From positions 1 to 24,895 of the forward strand of contig JANMBS010000313.1 of NCBI GenBank assembly GCA_031360525.1: a stretch of 24,895 nt of DNA. Reading direction: 5' to 3'. Shown in pieces: positions 7,625 through 13,990 of the stretch. The notes beneath the pieces are model-generated. The model did no database searches, was not told the origin of the DNA, and worked only from the letters and a program-made list of their open reading frames with translations. The stretch's first letter is position 1, and every line of letters starts with the position of its first letter. The stretch comes from Thermomicrobiales bacterium (GTDB lineage Bacteria; Chloroflexota; Limnocylindria; Limnocylindrales; CSP1-4). Both the position numbers and the translations under genes were made by a program.

Positions 7625-10620
7625 TGGGCATCTCGTTCGACGCCCCGCTCGCCCTGCTCCTGCTCATCCCGGCGCTTCTGCTGACGATCGGGCTGCACCT
7701 CGGGGCACGGCGCCGGATGGGCTCGGGGCGACGGCGGGCTGCGCTCATCGTTCGGTCGCTGCTGCTGGCGGCGCTCGTCTTCGCACTCGCCGGCTTCCAG
7801 CTGGTCCTGCCGGTCGACCGGCTGGCCACCGTCTTCGTCGTCGACCTCTCCGATTCGGTCGGCAACGCGGGACGGGAGGACGCCCTCGCCTTCCTGCGCG
7901 ACACCCTCAAGGAACGGCCCGATGGCGACGTCGCCGGGATCGTCGCGTTCGGCAAGGGCGCGCTGGTCGAGCGGTTGCCGTCCGAACTGACAGAGATCGA
8001 CCGGCTGGCTTCGGCCCCGATCCGCTCGGCGACCGATATCGGCGCGGCACTCCGCCTTGCGGCGGCACTCTTCCCGGACGACGCGCAGAAGCGGATCGTG
8101 CTGCTCTCCGACGGCAACGACACGACCGGCGACGGCCAGACCGAGGCGGCCCTTGCGGCCTCGCGGGGCGTCCGCATCGAGACGCGACGGATCGGGCTGG
8201 GCGACGTCGACGAGGTCCTCATCGAGCGACTGACGACACCCTCGACCGCACGGCTCGGCGAGACGGTGCCGGTCGTCGTCGAGGTGCGCTCGACGGTCGC
8301 CCAGACCGCGACGATCCGCCTCTTCGCCAACGGGACGCTTGTCCAGACGAAGCCGGTCGAGCTGGTCGCCGGCTTGAACACCATCTCGTTCTCGGACGTC
8401 AAGCCGGTCGAAGCCGGGTTCGTGCGCTTCCGCGCGGTCGTCGAGGCAGCGCTCGACACCTTCAGCGAGAACGACCGGGCCGACTCCAACACGATCGTCA
8501 AGGGCGAGCCGCGGACGCTTGTGCTGGCCGGTGACGATTCGGTGGCCATCGAGCTTGTCGCGGCCCTGCGTGAACAGCGCCAACAGGTCGACACGATCGT
8601 GCCCGAGGCGCTCCCGACCGACCTCGGCAGCCTGGCTGGCTATGACAGCGTGGTGCTGGTCGACGTGTCGCGGCTCCGCTTGAACGATCGACAGCTCGCT
8701 GCGCTCCAGGTCTACGTCCGCGATCTCGGGAAGGGCCTGGTCATGATCGGCGGACCGAAGAGCTATGGCGCCGGCGGTTACCAGAAGACGCCGCTCGAGG
8801 AGAGCCTGCCGGTCGACATGGGTGTGCGCAACCGCGAGAAGCAGCCCGATATCGCGCTGGTCGTCGTCATCGACCAGTCGGGCTCCATGGCCGCTTGCCA
8901 CTGCAACTCGTTCAACGGCGGGATGGGCGGCGGTTCCGGGATCGGCGGCGTCCAGAAGGTGGACATCGGAAAGGAGGCGATCCTGCGGGCCGCCGCGGCT
9001 CTGACCGATCGCGACGAACTCGGTGTCGTCGGCTTCAACGAGGCCGCACACTGGGTCGTCCGCACCCAACCGCTCGGCGGGATCGGCGACCTCCAGGCGC
9101 AGATCGCCGGGATCCGTGCGGACGGGCAGACGAACATCTTCGCCGGCCTCGACCAGGCGGTGACCTCGCTCGAGGGGGCGACCGCGACACGCCGCCACAT
9201 CATCCTGCTGACTGACGGATGGTCGACCTCGGGCCAGTACGACGCGATCATCGCCAAGATGAAGGCAGACGGCATCACGCTCTCGACGGTCGGCGCGGGC
9301 GGTGGCGCCAACCCGTTCCTCGAGCAGCTCGCCAAGCAGGGTGGCGGCCGGTTCTACGCGGCGACCAACCCGAACAGCATCCCTGACATCTTCCTCAAGG
9401 AGACCCAGCAGGTCTCCGGCCAGCAGATCGTCGAGGAGACGTTCTTCCCGATCCAGACGTCGTCGTCGCCGATCCTGCGCGGGCTGGACGCCGGACTGCC
9501 GCAGCTGCGCGGCTACAACGGGACGACGATCAAGGCGGCCGCCCAGAGCGTGCTCGTGACGGCTCGCGACGATCCGCTCCTCGCGTCGTGGCAGTACGGG
9601 CTGGGGCGCTCCGTGGCTTGGACGTCGGACTCGACCGGGCGCTGGGCGAAGGACTGGGTCGGCTGGAGTGGCTTCAACCGATTCTTCAACCAGATGGTCG
9701 GCTGGACCTTCCCGGGCGAGGAGACAGGTGGCATCGAGGCGACCTTCGAGGCGACCGGCGGCAAGACCACCCTGCACGTCCAGAGCGTCGACGCCGACGG
9801 ATCGCCTCGGGACTTCTACGCCACGAGCGCGAGCATCGTCGGACCCGATCTCGAGCCGGCGACCGTCAGCCTGGTCCAGGTCGCCCCGGGCGTGTACGAA
9901 GCGCCGCTTGGCGAGATCGAGCCGGGCGCCTATGCCGTCCGCGTGACCCAGACTCTCCCGGGGTCGTCGCCACTCGGAAGGACGGTCGGACTTGTCGCAC
10001 AGACCGCGGCCGAGTACCGCCAGCTGGGAGCCAACGAACCATTCCTCGCGTCGTTGCGGGCCGCGACCGGCGGGACGGTCATCGCTACTGCCTTGGATCC
10101 GTGGCGGCACGATCTGACCGCCACCGACCGGTTCACCGACTTGTGGCCTCTGCTGCTCGTCCTGGCGCTGCTGCTGTGGCCGCTTGATATCGCGCTGCGC
10201 CGGATGTCGCTCGGCCGGCGTGAGCTGGTGGCTGCCCGCGGCTGGGTCGGCGGGATCGGGCGTCGGCGCCGGGCTGCAGGCCCGCGGACGGCCACCGCCG
10301 AAGGCTTGCTCGCGGCGAGCGGCCGTGTCCGGACGAGCGACGCCCGTGCGGCGATGAGGACTGCCCCCGTCGCGGTGCCGGCGGTGCCTGAGTCACAGCC
10401 GAGCCCCGAGCCTGCCGCGTCGAAACGCCCGGATGCCCCGGCGGCCGCTTCGGCCCCGGCGGTCTCGGCGACTCCGGCCCCCACCACCCCTGTCCCGAAG
10501 TCGCCGATGCCGCGCACTCCCGCCGCGAGACCTGCCCCGGCCACTGCACCTCCGCCGACCGAGGCAGTCGACACGATGTCCCGCCTGCGCGACGCGAAAC
10601 GCCGCGCCCGAGACCGCTAG
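7624..10620 (+). CDS. Large membrane protein with two VWA domains, an Ig-like domain and a GATase1-like (DUF1355-type) domain
   Basis: ATG overlaps the previous stop (TGATG 7622-7626). N-terminal double TM. VWA1 DLSDS/ATDIG/LSDG. 'YDSVVLVDV...GLVMIGGPKSYGAGGY..TPLEESLPV' GATase-like segment. VWA2 DQSGS/QTNI/LTDG. 'WQYGLGRSVAWTSD', a TM 'LWPLLLVLALLLWPLDIALRR' and a Pro/Ala tail. Confidence 0.9.
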   Translation: MGISFDAPLALLLLIPALLLTIGLHLGARRRMGSGRRRAALIVRSLLLAALVFALAGFQLVLPVDRLATVFVVDLSDSVGNAGREDALAFLRDTLKERPDGDVAGIVAFGKGALVERLPSELTEIDRLASAPIRSATDIGAALRLAAALFPDDAQKRIVLLSDGNDTTGDGQTEAALAASRGVRIETRRIGLGDVDEVLIERLTTPSTARLGETVPVVVEVRSTVAQTATIRLFANGTLVQTKPVELVAGLNTISFSDVKPVEAGFVRFRAVVEAALDTFSENDRADSNTIVKGEPRTLVLAGDDSVAIELVAALREQRQQVDTIVPEALPTDLGSLAGYDSVVLVDVSRLRLNDRQLAALQVYVRDLGKGLVMIGGPKSYGAGGYQKTPLEESLPVDMGVRNREKQPDIALVVVIDQSGSMAACHCNSFNGGMGGGSGIGGVQKVDIGKEAILRAAAALTDRDELGVVGFNEAAHWVVRTQPLGGIGDLQAQIAGIRADGQTNIFAGLDQAVTSLEGATATRRHIILLTDGWSTSGQYDAIIAKMKADGITLSTVGAGGGANPFLEQLAKQGGGRFYAATNPNSIPDIFLKETQQVSGQQIVEETFFPIQTSSSPILRGLDAGLPQLRGYNGTTIKAAAQSVLVTARDDPLLASWQYGLGRSVAWTSDSTGRWAKDWVGWSGFNRFFNQMVGWTFPGEETGGIEATFEATGGKTTLHVQSVDADGSPRDFYATSASIVGPDLEPATVSLVQVAPGVYEAPLGEIEPGAYAVRVTQTLPGSSPLGRTVGLVAQTAAEYRQLGANEPFLASLRAATGGTVIATALDPWRHDLTATDRFTDLWPLLLVLALLLWPLDIALRRMSLGRRELVAARGWVGGIGRRRRAAGPRTATAEGLLAASGRVRTSDARAAMRTAPVAVPAVPESQPSPEPAASKRPDAPAAASAPAVSATPAPTTPVPKSPMPRTPAARPAPATAPPPTEAVDTMSRLRDAKRRARDR

Positions 10621-10643
10621 GGTCTCGATCAGGGGCCCTCGTG

Positions 10644-10672
10644 TCCTGGCCGTCGGTCCGGGCGTGCCAGGA
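10644..10672 (+). terminator. GC-rich hairpin after the ABC/MoxR/VWA operon (possible terminator, no U-tract)
   Basis: TCCTGGC (10644-10650) pairs with GCCAGGA (10666-10672), extendable by CGTC/GGCG with one G-U. It starts 23 nt after the stop at 10620. Confidence 0.45.
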
Positions 10673-10727
10673 TCGACATCGACTGAAGTCGCCCGCCCTG
10701 CCGACGGCACCTGAACGTCGCCGGTGG

Positions 10728-10733
10728 TAGCCT
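10728..10733 (+). promoter_or_regulatory. Extended -10 (TGn-TAGCCT), probable leaderless promoter
   Basis: tgg-TAGCCT followed by 8 nt and ATG 10742; no SD present. Confidence 0.55.
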
Positions 10734-10741
10734 CCGGCTCG

Positions 10742-11206
10742 ATGTTTCGGATCCGGCCACTGGCACTCTGCTTCGTCGTGTTCGTCGCGCTCGCCGTGGC
10801 CGCCTGCCGCTTCGTCGAGACGACGCCGCCGGCGCCGACACCGGCCGATTTCCCGGATACGGCGATCCAACTCGCCCAGCGTGGGATCGCGCTCGATCAT
10901 GTCGTCTCAGGCGACGCCGGCTGCGATGACAAGGTCCTGGCGCCGACCGCGATCGCCTTCGACGCATCGGGGCTCGACCAGCCGAACAAGGTGCGCGTCT
11001 ACCTGTACGTCTTCCGGAACAGGGAGTCGTTCGAACGCCTGCGGGCGAGCGTCGACGCCTGCGCGCGGAGCTTCGTGACCGATCCCGCGGCATACGAGTC
11101 GATCGAGCAATCGCCATACGTGATGGTCGGCCAGGGTCCGTGGGGAAGGCAGTTCGAGGCGGCCCTCCGGGCCGGGCTGGAGATCGCGGCCGGGACCGGC
11201 GACTGA
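10742..11206 (+). CDS. Putative lipoprotein of unknown function
   Basis: MFRIR positive n-region, hydrophobic h-region and lipobox LAVAA-C22. Pro/Thr linker followed by a globular domain with two further Cys. Confidence 0.75.
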   Translation: MFRIRPLALCFVVFVALAVAACRFVETTPPAPTPADFPDTAIQLAQRGIALDHVVSGDAGCDDKVLAPTAIAFDASGLDQPNKVRVYLYVFRNRESFERLRASVDACARSFVTDPAAYESIEQSPYVMVGQGPWGRQFEAALRAGLEIAAGTGD

Positions 11207-11283
11207 CGGCCGTTCCGACAGACTGCGTTTCCGACCGCCCGCGCTGTGGACGCCGCCAAGACCGGCACCCCGGCCTGACCGCC

Positions 11284-12450
11284 CTAGACGACGCGCAGCT
11301 CCAGGACATGGCGGGCGATCACGAGTCGCTGGATCTGGCTCGTCCCCTCGCCGATCTCAGTCAGCTTAGCGTCGCGCAGGTAGCGCTCGACCGGATATTC
11401 GGTGACGTAGCCGTAGCCGCCGTGGATCTGGATGGCGTTGTTGGTGACCCGTGAGCTCACCTCGGACGCGAACAGCTTGGCCTGGGCCGCGACCAGCGCG
11501 AAATCACGGCCCTGATCCTTGAGCCAGGCTGATCGCCAGACGAGGCCGCGCGCTGCCTCGATCTCTGTCGCCATGTCGGCGACCATGAACGCGACGCCCT
11601 GGAACGTGCCGATCGGTCGGCCGAACTGCTCGCGCGTCTGGGCGTACGGGATCGAGGCATCGAGCGCGCCCTGGGCGATCCCGACTGCCAGCGCGCCGAT
11701 CGAGATCCGGCCGCCGTCGAGGATGCGCAGGAACGTCTTGAAGCCGCTCCCCTGCTCGCCCAGCATGTTCGCCGCGGGGACGCGGGCCCCATCGAAGATC
11801 AGTTCGCCCGTCGCCGACGCGTGCAGCCCCATCTTGTCCTCGAGCCGGCCGACCGAGAAACCGGGCGTATCGGCCGGGACGATGAAGGCGCTGATCTCGG
11901 CCGCCCCGTCGTCGCGCGTCCCGGTCCGCGCGGTGATCACGTAAGTGCCTGCCTGACCGGCGTTCGTGATGAAGCGCTTGCCGCCATCGAGCACCCACGA
12001 CACGCCATCGGGGCCGTCCTCGCGGCGCGCCGTCGTCCTCGTGCCACCCGAATCGCTGCCGGCCCCGGGCTCGGTCAGCCCGTACGCGCCGAGGACCTCG
12101 CCACGGGCCATCGGCACCAGGTAGCGCTGCTGCTGGTCCTTGGATCCGGCCAGATGGAGTGGCCCGCAGCCGAGGCTCGTGTGCGCCGCGACGATCAGCC
12201 CGAGCGAGCCCCACACCCGGCCGATCTCCTCGATGGCGATGGCATAGGCGAGCGTGTCGAGGCCTGCCCCACCCTCGTCCTCGGGGATCGGGATGCCGAG
12301 CCAGCCGAGCTCGCCGATGCGGCGCACGATCTCGGACGGGAAGCGGCGCTCGCGTTCGTGCACATCGATGACGGGCGCGACTTCGGTCAGCATGAAGTCG
12401 CGGATCGTCTCGCGGAGCAGCGTGTGCTCCGGGGAGAGGTCGAGGTCCAT
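11284..12450 (-). CDS. Acyl-CoA dehydrogenase (short/branched-chain type)
   Basis: 'GAYGLTEPGAGSD', 'GGKRFITNAG', 'KMGLHAS', 'AIQIHGGYGY' and 'DAKLTEIGEGTSQIQR' with the catalytic Glu in the SCAD/MCAD position. Start MDLDLSPEH at 12450. Confidence 0.95.
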   Translation of the reverse strand: MDLDLSPEHTLLRETIRDFMLTEVAPVIDVHERERRFPSEIVRRIGELGWLGIPIPEDEGGAGLDTLAYAIAIEEIGRVWGSLGLIVAAHTSLGCGPLHLAGSKDQQQRYLVPMARGEVLGAYGLTEPGAGSDSGGTRTTARREDGPDGVSWVLDGGKRFITNAGQAGTYVITARTGTRDDGAAEISAFIVPADTPGFSVGRLEDKMGLHASATGELIFDGARVPAANMLGEQGSGFKTFLRILDGGRISIGALAVGIAQGALDASIPYAQTREQFGRPIGTFQGVAFMVADMATEIEAARGLVWRSAWLKDQGRDFALVAAQAKLFASEVSSRVTNNAIQIHGGYGYVTEYPVERYLRDAKLTEIGEGTSQIQRLVIARHVLELRVV

Positions 12451-12457
12451 GGCCCCG

Positions 12458-12463
12458 AGCGTA
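12458..12463 (-). promoter_or_regulatory. Extended -10 (TGn-TACGCT), probable leaderless promoter of the acyl-CoA dehydrogenase
   Basis: The minus strand reads tgg-TACGCT-cggggcc-ATG (7-nt spacer). It overlaps a plus-strand TACCAT at 12462-12467. Confidence 0.6.
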
Positions 12464-12494
12464 CCATCGGACTGCACGTCTCGGACGCCGGTGC

Positions 12495-12500
12495 TAGCCT
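12495..12500 (+). promoter_or_regulatory. Extended -10 (TGn-TAGCCT), probable leaderless promoter of the regulator
   Basis: tgc-TAGCCT-gaccgg-ATG (6-nt spacer); no SD. Confidence 0.55.
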
Positions 12501-12506
12501 GACCGG

Positions 12507-13232
12507 ATGAGGGAGCCCACGTCGTTGCCTGCCGTCCGCGAGGCCGCCAACCACCACTTCGCTGCTGGCCCTGGCCAGACCGCCGCCAAAGGTCCATCGA
12601 GCCTGCGGCGCGACCTCCTGCTCCGCCTTCGACTCGACGGACCCAGTTCCCCGGACCAGCTCGCCGGGCGGATCGGCGCCAGCCGAACGGGCGTCCTCCA
12701 ACAGCTTCGAGCGCTCGAGGCCGCGCACCTCGTCAGCCGACAGACGGTCCGTCACGGCGTCGGCCGGCCGCGCCATCTGTACGACGTCACCACCGATGCC
12801 CAGGACCTGTTCCCGTCCAATTACGACGGTCTGGCGGCAGGCCTTCTGGCCGCCATCGAGGCAGTTGGTGGGGACGATCTGCTTGACCAGGTCTTCACGG
12901 CGCGGCGGCGCCAGCTCGGTGACAGGGTCCGCGAACAGATGGCTGAACGGATCGCCCCCGAAGCGCCGCTCCTCGAGCGCGTTCGCGAACTGTCGGTCAT
13001 CCAGGCCGATCAGGGCTACCTGGCCGACGCCACGATCAGTCCCGACGGCACGATCCGACTGAGTGAGCACAACTGCGCCATCTATCACATCGCGGCGGGC
13101 TCGCCCGCGGCATGCCAGGCGGAGCTCGAGCTGTTCACCGAGATCCTCGGGGCGGAGGTCGTCCGCGAACAGCACATCGCCTCAGGCGATCGCAGCTGCT
13201 CCTACCGGATCGCGGAGCGCCGCACCGACTGA
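12507..13232 (+). CDS. Winged-HTH transcriptional regulator, SufR/COG2345-like, with three Cys
   Basis: N-terminal wHTH 'LAGRIGASRTGVLQQLRALEAAHLV...GVGRPRHLY' and 'FPSNY'. C-terminal C-X12-C-X27-C (codons at 13074, 13113, 13197) in 'EHNCAI...CQAE...GDRSCSY'. Confidence 0.85.
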   Translation: MREPTSLPAVREAANHHFAAGPGQTAAKGPSSLRRDLLLRLRLDGPSSPDQLAGRIGASRTGVLQQLRALEAAHLVSRQTVRHGVGRPRHLYDVTTDAQDLFPSNYDGLAAGLLAAIEAVGGDDLLDQVFTARRRQLGDRVREQMAERIAPEAPLLERVRELSVIQADQGYLADATISPDGTIRLSEHNCAIYHIAAGSPAACQAELELFTEILGAEVVREQHIASGDRSCSYRIAERRTD

Positions 13233-13271
13233 CCGGACCCGAGTCGGGCGGCCAGCCGGCGGGCGAGCCGT

Positions 13272-13799
13272 CTAGGCTTCGGTCGCGGTCTGGGCCGCGC
13301 GCTGGCCCAGCGAGACCAGGCTCGCCTCGATATCCTCGTCGGCCTCGCGGTACCAGGCGGCGAGCTCGCGGTTGATGATCAGCGTCGGCGCGTCCATGAC
13401 CTCCAGGACGCCGCCGACCACGTATGCGATCGTTGCGTCGGTCAACGGGACCATCGGGTCACGCTCGGCGAAGGTGCGCAGCGTCGTGTCGCCGAGCGGA
13501 CCGTGATAGCGGCCGAGCACGACATAGGGTCCGACCTGCACCTGGAGGCGCCGCCGGTCGGTGGCGATGCGCAGGGCACGGCGGCCTCGGGGCCCACGAC
13601 CGACCACAGCGCACAACTCGGCCCGGTCGATGGTGAAGGTGGGGGCTGTCACGCGCTGTCCATCGAGCCCGTCGAGGACGACGTCCTCCAAGGGGACGAC
13701 CTGGACCGCGTTCAGTTGATCGGTGAGCCGCTTCGCCGCCAGGGCGAACCGACCGGTGATGATGCAATCTCCGGCAAAGCCGGTGAATTCGATGTCCAC
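13272..13799 (-). CDS. Hypothetical protein with two tandem beta-rich repeats (DUF6812-like by resemblance)
   Basis: GTG start with coding-like codon usage. The halves 'IITGRF...RLTDQLN..VVPLEDV...IDRAEL' and 'VVLGRYH...MVPLTDA...INRELA' resemble each other. Confidence 0.75.
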   Translation of the reverse strand: MDIEFTGFAGDCIITGRFALAAKRLTDQLNAVQVVPLEDVVLDGLDGQRVTAPTFTIDRAELCAVVGRGPRGRRALRIATDRRRLQVQVGPYVVLGRYHGPLGDTTLRTFAERDPMVPLTDATIAYVVGGVLEVMDAPTLIINRELAAWYREADEDIEASLVSLGQRAAQTATEA

Positions 13800-13816
13800 G
13801 CCGCTATCGTCGACCG

Positions 13817-13990
13817 GCGCAGATCGGCGGGCCAGAGCCCGAATGTCAGGCGTCTCCCGGGACCAGGCGCGTGGCGCGGGTGGCAGGGCGCACCGTCCGC
13901 CCCTGTGAGAGGTGCGCTCGGGTGAAGTCCGGAGAGGTCGAGAGTGGTGTCAGTCGTCACCACCCTGACCCGCGGGGCATGACCGGCGAC
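13817..13990 (+). ncRNA. Candidate structured non-coding RNA (6S-like rod architecture; unconfirmed)
   Basis: 191-bp gap with a plus-strand TATCGT -10 at 13805-13810 and several nested helices (13845-13850/13964-13969, 13886-13894/13911-13919, 13944-13949/13958-13963). No family could be recognised with certainty, and the boundaries are estimates. Confidence 0.3.
13936..13970 (-). terminator. Hairpin downstream of the deaminase gene (possible terminator)
   Basis: On minus, GGTCAGGGTGGTG pairs with CACCACTCTCGACC (one G-U, one bulge), about 20 nt after the stop at 13991. No U-tract. Confidence 0.4.

Noticed and set aside
7156-10110. 984-aa minus-strand ORF, plus similar long antisense ORFs (3433-4725, 5036-6781, 12387-13175, 14141-16987, 18230-20146, 20156-21241, 22112-23116)
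   Set aside because: They lie antisense to well-supported genes, have no recognisable motifs, and are the expected shadow frames in high-GC DNA where stops are rare.
12470-12478. GACTGCACG shared with 23990-23998, both in divergent promoter regions
   Set aside because: A single non-palindromic 9-mer match; several such pairs are expected by chance among the intergenic sequences here.
13905-13935. GGTGCGCTCGGGTGAAGTCCGG resembles part of a SAM-IV riboswitch or the RNase P 'AAGTCCGG' motif
   Set aside because: The SAM-binding AUGAG/GGCAACC core is missing, and there is no downstream plus-strand gene to regulate. The space is too short for RNase P RNA, and its other conserved motifs are absent.
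13915-13935. Minus-strand GGACTTCA resembling a tRNA-Sec anticodon arm
   Set aside because: No matching anticodon stem, no T-loop GTTCGA and no acceptor stem.
13712-13963. 83-aa minus-strand ORF spanning the structured intergenic region
   Set aside because: Out of frame with and overlapping the 13799 gene, low-complexity composition, and no SD or -10 support.
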